NCBI GenBank assembly: GCA_964536835.1
Contig: CAZIAZ010000004.1
Coordinates: forward strand, 18,861 to 82,860
DNA: 64,000 bases
DNA from: an uncultured Planctomycetaceae bacterium
GTDB taxonomy: Bacteria > Planctomycetota > Phycisphaerae > SM23-33
Direction of reading: 5' to 3'
The translations under genes and the position numbers were made by a program. Below are positions 54,841 to 64,000 of the stretch, in pieces (within the stretch, counting starts at the first letter, position 1; each line of letters begins with the position of its first letter). The notes under the pieces were generated by a model that was not told where the DNA came from, made no database searches, and saw only the letters and a program-made list of their open reading frames with translations.

Positions 54841-57654
54841 ATGAGCGAAAAATTTTACATAATCGACGGCCACTCGCAGATATTTCGGGCATATTACGCA
54901 CCATTCCGCGACCTGACCAGTCCAGCCGGCGAACCCACGCGGGCGACATACGTATTCACAAACATGCTCCTGAAATTCATCGCCGACAAAAAACCCGACT
55001 ATCTCGCCATGGCCATCGACGGCCCGCATGAAAAACTAAACCGCACAAAAATCTTTAAGGATTACAAGGCCACCCGCAAACCTACGCCAGAAGATTTCAA
55101 GCCGCAGGAAAAACGCATATTGCAAATCGTCAAAATACTCGGCATCCCGATTCTGGACGCCGAAGGCTATGAAGCCGACGACATCCTCGCCACGCTGGCC
55201 GACAGGTACGCATCCGAAAATGTCGACGTAATCCTCGTCAGCCGCGACAAAGACCTCGACCAGCTCATCAACGACCACGTCATGCTTTACGACCCGATGA
55301 AAGATGAAACTCTCGACGCCGCCTCAATCGAGCAGAGCAAAGGTTACCCCCCGTCATTAGCCGTCGAGATTCAGACGCTTATGGGCGATAATATCGACAA
55401 TATTCCTGGCGTGCCTGGCGTAGGCCCAAAAACAGCGGTCAAACTCGTCAGGCAGTACGGCTCAGCCGATGCGGTGCTTGCGGCGGCTGATGAGCAGACG
55501 CCAAAACTCAGGGACAGCCTCAAAACTCTCGGCAGTGACCGGCTGGCGACTTCCCGCAAACTCGTGACCCTCGATAAACATGTGCCGATGAAAACCGACC
55601 TGCCGGAATTCCGCTTCAGCCAGCCGGACATGCAAAATGCGTCAAAAATTTTCATGGAGCTGGGCTTTACAAAACTCGTCGAAAAATACGCGGCTGAAAA
55701 ACCGGCACCAAAATCGGCGGCAAAAAATGACCCGTTTATCGGCGGACTTTTTGCGTCGCTGGAACAGTCAGCCGCAAGTTCACCGGTTGCGGCTGCGACA
55801 ACTGATATTAAAAAATCACAGCCTGCAATGCCGGATGGATTTACCACCGCAGCCAATTTTGATTACCAGTTAATCGACACGCAGGACGGTCTCGACAGGC
55901 TGGCCGCATCGCTGCGCGACGTAAAGCGGTTAGCCGTCGATACCGAAACGACCGGCATAAAAGCGATGAACTGTTCGCTGGTTGGCATATCGCTGGCATG
56001 GAAGGCTGGACACGGAGTTTATATTCCAGTCATGGGCCCGTTGGGCGCGACGGTACTTGACATCGGGAAAATACGCGACGCAATCGGGCCGGCGATGGCT
56101 GACGCGACGGTGGAAAAAATCGGCCACAATCTGAAATACGATTTGATAGTGCTGGAAAACAACGGCTTTACGTTTGCCGGAAAAATGTTCGACACAATGA
56201 TAGCCGCCCACGTGATTGACTCGCAACACGCAAGCCTGAAAATGGATTACCTGTCGCTTGAGTACCTGCATCACCGTTGCATACCGATAACCGACCTCAT
56301 CGGCAGCGGCCGCAACCAGACCACCATGAACACCGTTCCCACAGATACCGTCGCCGTATATGCTGCGGAAGATGCCGATGTAACACTGCGGCTGGCTGAC
56401 GCGATGGAAAAAATTCTGGACGAAATGGCCCTGCGGAATCTTTTTGAAAATCTGGAAATGCCGCTCATGCCCATCCTGACAGAAATGGAACGTAACGGCA
56501 TAACTGTTGACCCGGCCAGGCTCAAGGCGATGCAGTCCGAGTTTTCCATGAAAGCCGACGTACTCAGGGACAGGATTATCCGACTCGCAGGCGTCAATTT
56601 CAATCTCGAATCCCCAAAACAGCTGGCTGAGATTCTTTTTGTAAAGATGGGATATCCCGCAATCAAAAAAACACGCACCGGCATGAGTACCGACTCGGAA
56701 GTCCTGGAACAACTCGCGTCGGAACACGACTGCGAAATCGCCGCACTGCTGCTGGAGTATCGCAAACTCACGAAACTTATAAGCACATACCTCGTCTCAC
56801 TGGTCGACTGTATCAATCCGCGTACCGGCAGAGTGCATACGTCGTTCCACCAGGCATCCGTCATCACCGGCCGATTATCCAGCAGTGACCCTAATTTGCA
56901 AAACATTCCGGTACACGACGAAGGCCGGCAGATTCGTTCGGCATTCATCGCCAAGCACGGCTGCAAACTGATTAGCGCAGATTATTCGCAGGTCGAACTG
57001 CGAATGTTGGCGCATTTTTGCGGCGACGAAACACTCTGCCGCGCATTCGCAGATGACCTGGATATTCACCGCATAGTGGCGTCGGAAGTTTTCGGCGTGG
57101 ATGTGGATGACGTCACGCCAGCCATGCGAAGCCGCGCCAAAACCGTGAATTTCGGCATAATATACGGCCAGACGGGCTTCGGCCTGGCAAGAACGCTCGG
57201 CATCGGCAGAACCGAAGCGTCGGAATTCATACGCAAATATAAACAGCGTTTCCCGAAAATTGAAGTGTTTATGGCTGAATGCGTCGAACAGGCAAGAAAC
57301 AAGGGCTATGTTGAAACCATATCCGGCCGCCGACGCCGGATACCTGACATCGATTCCCGCAACCAGCAGAAACGTAATCTGGCAGAAAGAACCGCCATAA
57401 ACACCGTCGTGCAGGGCTCAGCCGCAGACCTGATAAAGCAGGCCATGATAAACCTCGACCGTACACTTGAAAAACAGAACAGCCCGGCGAAAATGCTGTT
57501 ACAGATTCACGATGAACTCATTTTTGAAACACCGGCTGAATCGGCGGAATCCACTGCAAAAGTAATCGCCCATGAAATGTCGACAGCCATCAAACTCAAC
57601 GTGCCACTGAAAGTGGACTGCAACATCGGCGACAACTGGCTGGAAGCCAAGTAG
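54841..57654 (+). CDS. polA: DNA polymerase I
   Basis: 5'-nuclease N-terminus (YIIDGHSQIFRAYYA), a 3'-5' exonuclease region, and polymerase motifs DYSQVELRMLAH and QIHDELIFE. Confidence 0.97.
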   Translation: MSEKFYIIDGHSQIFRAYYAPFRDLTSPAGEPTRATYVFTNMLLKFIADKKPDYLAMAIDGPHEKLNRTKIFKDYKATRKPTPEDFKPQEKRILQIVKILGIPILDAEGYEADDILATLADRYASENVDVILVSRDKDLDQLINDHVMLYDPMKDETLDAASIEQSKGYPPSLAVEIQTLMGDNIDNIPGVPGVGPKTAVKLVRQYGSADAVLAAADEQTPKLRDSLKTLGSDRLATSRKLVTLDKHVPMKTDLPEFRFSQPDMQNASKIFMELGFTKLVEKYAAEKPAPKSAAKNDPFIGGLFASLEQSAASSPVAAATTDIKKSQPAMPDGFTTAANFDYQLIDTQDGLDRLAASLRDVKRLAVDTETTGIKAMNCSLVGISLAWKAGHGVYIPVMGPLGATVLDIGKIRDAIGPAMADATVEKIGHNLKYDLIVLENNGFTFAGKMFDTMIAAHVIDSQHASLKMDYLSLEYLHHRCIPITDLIGSGRNQTTMNTVPTDTVAVYAAEDADVTLRLADAMEKILDEMALRNLFENLEMPLMPILTEMERNGITVDPARLKAMQSEFSMKADVLRDRIIRLAGVNFNLESPKQLAEILFVKMGYPAIKKTRTGMSTDSEVLEQLASEHDCEIAALLLEYRKLTKLISTYLVSLVDCINPRTGRVHTSFHQASVITGRLSSSDPNLQNIPVHDEGRQIRSAFIAKHGCKLISADYSQVELRMLAHFCGDETLCRAFADDLDIHRIVASEVFGVDVDDVTPAMRSRAKTVNFGIIYGQTGFGLARTLGIGRTEASEFIRKYKQRFPKIEVFMAECVEQARNKGYVETISGRRRRIPDIDSRNQQKRNLAERTAINTVVQGSAADLIKQAMINLDRTLEKQNSPAKMLLQIHDELIFETPAESAESTAKVIAHEMSTAIKLNVPLKVDCNIGDNWLEAK

Positions 57655-57723
57655 AATCCACCTGCTGAAAGCATAAACGTCGAGAATAAAACTGCTATTG
57701 CATGAACACACAAATCCGATGTT

Positions 57724-58827
57724 TTATCTGTCGACTCTTGCTGTTCCGCTTTGCATGATTCTTTCGACTTCTTTAAGGCTTGCCGTAGTTGTATCGCCGG
57801 GGGTCGTCATTGCCAGCAATCCATGTGCGGCGCCGTAATTGACGGCTTGCTGTGGGGTTTTGCCTTCCATAAGGCCATAAATCAATCCGGAAGCAAAACT
57901 GTCGCCACCGCCGACACGGTCGTAAATTTCAGCATCAGGCCGGAATGTCGCCTCAAAAAACTGGCCATCGCCATACACTATAGCACCCCAGTCATTTATT
58001 GACGCCGTCTTCGCATTGCGAAGCGTGGTGGCGACTATTGAAAAATTAGGAAACATCCCGACGGCTTTTGCTATCATCTTTTTGAAGTTGGCCGGGTCAA
58101 GTTTTGAACAATCCTTATCCAGGCCTTCAACTTCGAATCCAAGCGCGGCGGAAAAATCCTCTTCATTGCCTATCATCACGTCAATATACGGTGCGATTGC
58201 ACGGTTGACCTGCCGTGCCTTTTCCTGTCCGCCGATAGATTTCCAAAGAGACGGCCGATAATTCAGGTCGTAAGACACAATCGTGCCATACTTTTTCGCC
58301 GTCGTGACAGCCTCGATTATGACATCCGGCGTCGTCTGGGAAAGCGCCGCATAAATGCCGCCGGTATGAAACCACCTCGCCCCGTCACAGCCGAAAATTT
58401 TCTCCCAGTCAATGTCGCCCTTTTTAAGTTGCGAGGCGGCACTGTTGGCCCGGTCGGAACAGCCGGTCGCCGCTCTAACGCCAAAACCTCTCTCCGTGAA
58501 ATTCAGGCCGACGCGGACGTCGCGGCCTATGCCGTCATACGGAAACCATTTTACGTATTCCATATCGACGCCGCCCTGGTAAATCAGGTCTTCGAGCAGC
58601 CGGCCAACGGCATTGTCGGCGATGGCTGTAACTACTGCGGCATCTTTGCGGAAACAGCGTTTAAGGCCTCTGGCGACGTTGTATTCTCCGCCGCCCTCCC
58701 ATACCTTGAACTGGCGAGTCGTGTGAATGCGATTATCGCCGGGATCCAGCCTTATCATGACTTCGCCGAGAGAAACTATATCGTATTTGCAATCCTTTTT
58801 GGGTTTAACCGCCAAGCCAGCCATCAT
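57724..58827 (-). CDS. kdgK: PfkB-family sugar kinase (2-dehydro-3-deoxygluconokinase-like)
   Basis: GGGEYNVA and GGGDSFASG motifs. ATGA overlap with eda. Confidence 0.8.
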   Translation of the reverse strand: MMAGLAVKPKKDCKYDIVSLGEVMIRLDPGDNRIHTTRQFKVWEGGGEYNVARGLKRCFRKDAAVVTAIADNAVGRLLEDLIYQGGVDMEYVKWFPYDGIGRDVRVGLNFTERGFGVRAATGCSDRANSAASQLKKGDIDWEKIFGCDGARWFHTGGIYAALSQTTPDVIIEAVTTAKKYGTIVSYDLNYRPSLWKSIGGQEKARQVNRAIAPYIDVMIGNEEDFSAALGFEVEGLDKDCSKLDPANFKKMIAKAVGMFPNFSIVATTLRNAKTASINDWGAIVYGDGQFFEATFRPDAEIYDRVGGGDSFASGLIYGLMEGKTPQQAVNYGAAHGLLAMTTPGDTTTASLKEVERIMQSGTARVDR

Positions 58828-59498
58828 TCACCTCTTATCTGTTTTATCAATTCCATCGTTTCACGGACTTTTCGCGTTATGCCGGCATAATCATTCTTCG
58901 CAATCAATTCTTTCGTAAGAAGATTCGAACCCATGCCGGCACAGACTATGCCTGCTTTAAACCATTCGGTGAGGCTTTCCTTCGTCGGAGAAACTCCGCC
59001 GGTGGGCATTATTTCGCTCCACGGCATGGGGCCCCTGACGGACTTGACGAAATCCGGGCCGCCAACGCAGCTTCCGGGAAACACCTTGCATATTTCAACG
59101 CCCAGCGAATGAGCCTTGTTGATTTCCGTAGCACTGCCGCAGCCTGGCGAATATGGAATTTTGCGAGTGTTGCACAGAACGGCAACGGCTTCGTCCAAAA
59201 CAGGGCCGACTACGAAATTGGCGCCGGAGGATATGTAAAGGCCAGCCGTAGGAGCATCCACTATCGAGCCGACGCCAAGAACAATATCGGGCCTTGAGGC
59301 GGCACAATACTTCTCAAGCTGGGTAAAAACCTCTATCGCCCTGTCGCCACGATTGGTAAATTCTATCACTTTCGCTCCGCCGTCAGCACAGGCGGCGATT
59401 ACGTTTTTGGCAATTTCAAAATCCGCACTGTAAAAAACCGGTATCATGCCGATTTCTTTCATCAAACTCAGCGTTTTGAGTCTTCCGTATCTGGCCAT
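58824..59498 (-). CDS. eda: KDPG/KHG aldolase
   Basis: Typical size and context. IPVFY..IEFTNR..KVFPG segments. Start trimmed to MARYGRL (AAGGAA upstream). Confidence 0.8.
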   Translation of the reverse strand: MARYGRLKTLSLMKEIGMIPVFYSADFEIAKNVIAACADGGAKVIEFTNRGDRAIEVFTQLEKYCAASRPDIVLGVGSIVDAPTAGLYISSGANFVVGPVLDEAVAVLCNTRKIPYSPGCGSATEINKAHSLGVEICKVFPGSCVGGPDFVKSVRGPMPWSEIMPTGGVSPTKESLTEWFKAGIVCAGMGSNLLTKELIAKNDYAGITRKVRETMELIKQIRGE

Positions 59499-59751
59499 TT
59501 TTTTCCTTCTTTCAAAGTTCATTCATTTACATGGAGTGTCCGGCAGAATATTGTGTGACAGACGGCAACTATTGGCTACAAATCTGCAAAATAACGGCAG
59601 TAATATTAAACGATTTTCCAAACATGTTCAAGCAGAAGCTGTTTAAAAATCGTCCGTTCCGACAAACCAGCAATACTGGCCTGATTTTTTAAAAAAATTC
59701 TGAAAATTTACGAAAATTATTTGTTATAGATGTGTTTTTCGAAACCCGTTT

Positions 59752-60870
59752 TTAATGCCGGTTTTTCAGTGTAAACACATTTCCAGGCTGCTGGGTTATC
59801 GCTCCTCGCAGAGCCAGCAACGTCAAATCGCCCGCAATCTGGCCGGGTTGGCCGCTGGTGGCACGGCAGAGTTCGTCGAGAGTCATGGCTTTTTCGGCAA
59901 GCAGGCTGTAAAGAGCATCCTGTGTGGGGGTGAGATTCTGCGGCTTGACCGGCGAAGGCAGCGGTTCGCGTCTGTCGAGTTCTGCGCCAACCTGGCCGAG
60001 GTTTTTCAAAATATCATCCAAATCCGCAGCCAGCGTCGCTCCGTCACGCAGTAATTGATGCGTTCCGGTGGACTGCGGCGAATCAACCCTGCCGGGCACG
60101 GCAAAAACCTCACGATTCTGTTCCAACGCTTCCCTGGCGGTTATGAGCGCGCCGCTGGGCAGGCCGGCTTCGACGACTATAACGCCCAGGCTCATGCCGG
60201 AAATTATGCGATTACGCGCAGGAAAGTTTCCCGGCCCGGGCGTAGTTCGCATCGGCAACTCGGATATCATCGCCCCGCTGCCACCTGCCAGTATCGTGTC
60301 GAAAAACGGCACGTTTTCACGCGGATAGGGATTCGCCAGGCCCGTGCCCTGTACGATTATCGTCCGGCCGCCGGAATAAAACGCCCCGCGATGAGCCGCC
60401 GTGTCAATGCCTCGCGCGCCGCCGGATATCACCGTAAAACCGGCTCGGCCAAGCAAGCCGCCAAATCGCTCCGCCTGCTCCAAACCATAATGAGTACACC
60501 GCCGCGAACCAACTATGGAAATCGCAACCGCATCCTCCTTTTCCATGCAACCCCTGACGTAAAGAACCGGCGGCGGATTGTGGATGCGTTTGAGCAGCGG
60601 CGGATAATCGTCGTCGTCAAGGCATATTATCCTTGTGTCATGACGGCTGGCAACTGCCAACTCGTCATCTACGACTTCATCGGTCACCGACTGCATGGCG
60701 GCTACAGTTTTCGGCCCGACGCCCTCTACCCGCTGCCAACTAAAAGAGCCAGCTAACGCCACATCCAGCGGCGAACCAAAAAACTCGACAAGCTGCTTGA
60801 ATGTTTTAGGGCCAACGCCGTCAGCCAGCGTAAGCCGAAGATATTCTCGTATTTTCTTCTCATCCCGCAT
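59752..60870 (-). CDS. dprA: DNA-processing protein DprA
   Basis: Rossmann-like core (IVGSRRCTHYG..VISGGARGIDTAAHRGA) and a C-terminal wHTH-like tail. Confidence 0.9.
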   Translation of the reverse strand: MRDEKKIREYLRLTLADGVGPKTFKQLVEFFGSPLDVALAGSFSWQRVEGVGPKTVAAMQSVTDEVVDDELAVASRHDTRIICLDDDDYPPLLKRIHNPPPVLYVRGCMEKEDAVAISIVGSRRCTHYGLEQAERFGGLLGRAGFTVISGGARGIDTAAHRGAFYSGGRTIIVQGTGLANPYPRENVPFFDTILAGGSGAMISELPMRTTPGPGNFPARNRIISGMSLGVIVVEAGLPSGALITAREALEQNREVFAVPGRVDSPQSTGTHQLLRDGATLAADLDDILKNLGQVGAELDRREPLPSPVKPQNLTPTQDALYSLLAEKAMTLDELCRATSGQPGQIAGDLTLLALRGAITQQPGNVFTLKNRH

Positions 60871-61145
60871 GTCAAAGCATTATCCGAATTTACAAAAAAT
60901 CCGCAATATTTTTTAAAAAAGGTCTTATGCCTATGAAGTTCATAAAACATTTTTAAAATACATTCACACTTATTAACGCTTATCAGGCCTGTTAAAATAT
61001 TTTTAAAACATTTTTAAAAATAACGCATATTTCCAAAAATTCGATAAATCTTATACCTGTAATTTCACGTTAAAGCGGGGAAATGGACTTCAATTTTCGT
61101 ACGATTATGATATACTTCCGGACTGAATTCCGGAGTTTTTAGAAT

Positions 61146-62111
61146 ATGGCGGAAACTTTCCATACATTGATAGCCAAAAACAAGCGAAACAGCTTCATAT
61201 TGATGACGCTGTTCATGATTTTCTTCGTCGGCCTGGGGTTGCTGATAGGCACTGTCTGGGGCAGCGGCGAAGACCGGTCTGGCGAATACCAGGTGAACTG
61301 GCACTTCAGCATTATGATAGCCGTAATCGCAGGCGGCATAGCATTCCTGCTGACGCTGCTGAGTTTTTACGGCGGCCACAGCGTGCTGATGGCTGTCAGC
61401 GGCGCACGTGAAATACGAAAATCCGACGACCCTCAGCTTTTCAACGTGATTGAGGAGCTCGCAATCGCCGCCGGCCAGCCAATGCCCAAAATATACGTCA
61501 TGGACACTGCGGCCATGAACGCATTCGCCACCGGCCGCGACCCGCAGCATGCGTCGGTTGCAATAACAGCCGGCCTACGCCAGAAACTGACGCGAGACGA
61601 ACTCCAGGGCGTGATGGCCCACGAGATGAGCCACGTCAGACACTATGACATCCGCTATGCGACGCTGATGGCTGTCATGGTCGGCTGCGTCGTGATGCTT
61701 TCCGACATCTTTTTACGCAGCATGATATTCAGCGGCGGCCGAAGGAGTCGTCGCGACAGCAACAGCGGCGGCGGAGCACAGGCGATACTGATGGTCATCG
61801 CACTGATATTGGCAATACTCTCGCCCATATTAGCCAAAATTATCCAGATGGCGCTGTCCCGCCAGCGGGAATACCTCGCCGACGCCGGTGCCGTTGAACT
61901 CACCCGCAACCCCGAAGGCCTGTGCAGCGCGCTGCAGAAAATATCGTCTGATGCGACGCCACTGCCTGGCGCTAATCGGGCAACAGCCCCAATGTACATC
62001 ATAAACCCCGTAATGGCCGCCGCTGACGACGAAAACGACGAATCGTCAAGCATATTCGACACCCACCCGCCAGTATCGGCCAGGATAAAACGCCTGCGCC
62101 AGTTAATGTGA
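61146..62111 (+). CDS. htpX: Zinc metalloprotease HtpX (M48)
   Basis: HEMSHVRHYD zinc motif, four TM segments, EYLADAGA. Confidence 0.9.
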   Translation: MAETFHTLIAKNKRNSFILMTLFMIFFVGLGLLIGTVWGSGEDRSGEYQVNWHFSIMIAVIAGGIAFLLTLLSFYGGHSVLMAVSGAREIRKSDDPQLFNVIEELAIAAGQPMPKIYVMDTAAMNAFATGRDPQHASVAITAGLRQKLTRDELQGVMAHEMSHVRHYDIRYATLMAVMVGCVVMLSDIFLRSMIFSGGRRSRRDSNSGGGAQAILMVIALILAILSPILAKIIQMALSRQREYLADAGAVELTRNPEGLCSALQKISSDATPLPGANRATAPMYIINPVMAAADDENDESSSIFDTHPPVSARIKRLRQLM

Positions 62112-62130
62112 AATATTAAGGATTCCAGTA

Positions 62131-62955
62131 ATGAGCACCATTCACACCACAGCGATAATAGACCCCACCGCCCGGATAGGCGAGAATGTTGAAATAGGTC
62201 CTTATGTCGTAATTGAGCGTGACACGGTCATAGGTGACGGCTGCGTTATAAGGGCACATTCCGTCATAGGGCGGCATACCCGTATGGGCAAGAATAACTT
62301 CGTGGACGCGTCGGTATCGCTGGGCGGCCTGCCGCAGGACCTGAAATTCCCGCATGACTGCGTTACATACGTAACTATCGGCGACAATAACACGTTTCGT
62401 GAATTTGTCACGGTAAATCGCGCGACAAAGGAAGGCACGAGCACCATCGTCGGCAATAATACCTATTGGATGACCACATCGCACGCCGGCCATGACTGCA
62501 TAATTCACGACAATGTAATAATGACCGCCGGCACGAAAGCCGCCGGCCACTGTGAGATATTCGACGGCGTCATAATGCCAGCCAACGGCGCACTGCATCA
62601 GTTCGTATGGGTCGGCAAAAAAGTCATGTTCCAGGGCGGCTCGCAGGCAAGCATGCACGTACCGCCGTATGTCCTCTGCGCACAGGACAATAATGTCATA
62701 AATCTCAACCTGGTGGGCCTGAAACGCGATGCATCGCTAAGCATGGAAGATATTGCACAGATACACGAAGCCTTCAATCTGACCTATAGAAGCCATCTGA
62801 CGCCGACGGCTGCATTGGAGGCAATGGATAAATGTACCGACTGGGGTTCGGCAGCCGGCGAATTCCGTGAATTCGTCAGAAAAGTCCTTAACGCAAAGCC
62901 GCCCAGAGCAAAAGGGCTCTGCCCGAAAATTTCACGGCTGGCCGGCAGAAGATAG
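62131..62955 (+). CDS. lpxA: Acyl-ACP--UDP-GlcNAc O-acyltransferase
   Basis: Hexapeptide-repeat N-terminus (IHTTAIIDPTARIGENVEIGPYVVIERDTVIGDGCVI) and a helical C-terminal domain. Confidence 0.88.
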   Translation: MSTIHTTAIIDPTARIGENVEIGPYVVIERDTVIGDGCVIRAHSVIGRHTRMGKNNFVDASVSLGGLPQDLKFPHDCVTYVTIGDNNTFREFVTVNRATKEGTSTIVGNNTYWMTTSHAGHDCIIHDNVIMTAGTKAAGHCEIFDGVIMPANGALHQFVWVGKKVMFQGGSQASMHVPPYVLCAQDNNVINLNLVGLKRDASLSMEDIAQIHEAFNLTYRSHLTPTAALEAMDKCTDWGSAAGEFREFVRKVLNAKPPRAKGLCPKISRLAGRR

Positions 62956-63043
62956 GCAAAATATCAGTTGACTTGTACGAAAATATATGGAAAAATCTTC
63001 CTGATATCTCAACCCACGCAATATTTTGAAATGGAGTGATAAA

Positions 63044-63607
63044 ATGAAGAAATTTCCAGTCGTCTTGTTCGTCTTCACGGCATCGACACTAATGTTAGCC
63101 GGCTGCACAAAGAGCAAACCGAACGTCGATACTGCCAAAATAGATTTGTTGGCTAAAAAACTGCTGACGTCCATTTCTCAGAATACACCAAAAATTCCAG
63201 AGTTTTACAAAAACAACTTCGCCGACAGCTTCAAGGAGCGCATTTCCGAAAAGGACTGGAAAATCATGGCTGAACGATACCGCAAGCATCTCGGCGCCAT
63301 GATTGAGCTCGACAGATATTCCACCCGAATCGAAGCGACGGAGTATACCATCGAGGCATCGTGCACATACTGCGTAAAATGGGAAAAAGAGGACGGCAAA
63401 CTTGAGCTGTCGCTGACCCAGGAAAACGGGCAGGACTGGAAAATAGTCTCAATGAGCATAACGTCCCCGAAAATCGCCAACCTCTCCAAAATGTCGGAAA
63501 ATGAAAATATGGACGCCTACAAAAAAGAGGCTGAAAGCATGGCCGCCAAAAAGGCGTCCAACATAAATACTACGGCGCCGTCCATCCCGACCGGCGAAGA
63601 AAAATAG
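63044..63607 (+). CDS. Hypothetical lipoprotein
   Basis: MKKFPVVLFVFTASTLMLAGC lipobox. Start trimmed to ATG 63044 (GGAG upstream). Confidence 0.6.
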   Translation: MKKFPVVLFVFTASTLMLAGCTKSKPNVDTAKIDLLAKKLLTSISQNTPKIPEFYKNNFADSFKERISEKDWKIMAERYRKHLGAMIELDRYSTRIEATEYTIEASCTYCVKWEKEDGKLELSLTQENGQDWKIVSMSITSPKIANLSKMSENENMDAYKKEAESMAAKKASNINTTAPSIPTGEEK

Positions 63608-63627
63608 CGTCACATTACGACAACTCC

Positions 63628-63664
63628 AAAAGACCTCTGTACTTCCGCAGAGGTCTTTTTGTTT
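63628..63664 (+). terminator. Intrinsic terminator
   Basis: AAAGACCTCTG-tacttccg-CAGAGGTCTTT followed by TTGTTT. Confidence 0.75.
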
Positions 63665-63710
63665 CCACAGTCATTGACTTGCATAAACGACAGACTATGA
63701 TTATCAGGTA

Positions 63711-64000
63711 ATGAACCAGTTCAAGCATATTTCGCCGCCGCCACCGCCGCCGATTCAACAAAGCATCGACGGCCAGCCGCTATCTCCGGCAAATTACGAA
63801 CAGCTGGAATACGCATCACGGCAGTCGAAAAAAATCCGTAATGCCGCCGGCGTAGCGGCGTTCAACGGCTATACTTTCGCAATATTCGCAGCCATTTCCG
63901 CTATGGCCGCAGCATTCAGTCTGACAACCGGCGAATTTGATTTTATCGGAATAATAATAACTCTCGGCCTTGGCGCAATAGCTCATAACGAACTCAAAGG
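63711..64000 (+). CDS. Membrane protein with proline-rich N-terminus; 3' end off the window
   Basis: ATG 63711 preceded by TTGACT, 16-nt spacer, TATGAT. Reads MNQFKHISPPPPPPIQQ... followed by two hydrophobic segments. Open to the window end. Confidence 0.5.
   Translation, partial: MNQFKHISPPPPPPIQQSIDGQPLSPANYEQLEYASRQSKKIRNAAGVAAFNGYTFAIFAAISAMAAAFSLTTGEFDFIGIIITLGLGAIAHNELK

Noticed and set aside
1-64000. Prophage, integrative element or defence island
   Set aside because: No integrase, transposase, recombinase, phage structural, restriction, Cas, reverse-transcriptase or toxin-antitoxin-like ORF was recognised. The tRNA genes are intact and not flanked by direct repeats of their 3' ends.

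Overview
This is a 64-kb chromosomal segment from a diderm bacterium, shown by waaA, lpxA, a yejM/lapC-like gene and Lol-like genes. My impression is a PVC-group (Planctomycetota-like) anaerobe, but the taxon cannot be proven from this window. I support about 58 protein genes, three tRNAs (Ala-CGC, Phe-GAA, Thr-UGU), several intrinsic terminators and a few promoter-like sites. Most genes are housekeeping: lpdA, E2 and a fused E1 of a 2-oxoacid dehydrogenase; proB, waaA, trmB, cysK, dnaK, nadB, polA, kdgK/eda, dprA, htpX and lpxA. There is no transposase, integrase, CRISPR array, reverse transcriptase or recognisable defence gene.

The unusual content is:
(1) A roughly 370-nt structured non-coding locus at 15.02-15.39 kb (minus strand). 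It has tmRNA-like 5' features, a pseudoknot, a tag-like ORF with its stop in a hairpin loop, and two covarying hairpins with identical loops. I cannot find a tRNA-like 3' end.
(2) A family of about 160-170 bp palindromic MITE-like intergenic elements, with five copies or derivatives in the window. Two of them supply the TAG stop codon of the upstream gene.
(3) A perfect sigma-54 -24/-12 box upstream of a solitary dnaK.
(4) Three conserved systems of unknown function: an AmmeMemoRadiSam pair with a Memo/LigB-AMMECR1 fusion, a NifU-like/GGGtGRT pair with a long leader, and a MoxR-HEAT-microORF-lipoprotein operon.
(5) An eight-gene arsenic/thiol-redox island (arsR-arsM-acr3-permease-DGC plus three thiol-redox genes) that lacks arsC and abuts a MITE copy.
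(6) A DeoR-linked catabolic cluster with a fused E1 alpha/beta gene. Its E2 has a first lipoyl-like domain lacking the lipoyl lysine and two near-identical lipoyl domains. A 3 x 44-bp tandem repeat reiterates a gene's 3' end.

The ORF track uses alternative start codons and often over-extends N-termini. I trimmed starts where an ATG with a Shine-Dalgarno sequence or the neighbouring gene supported it.
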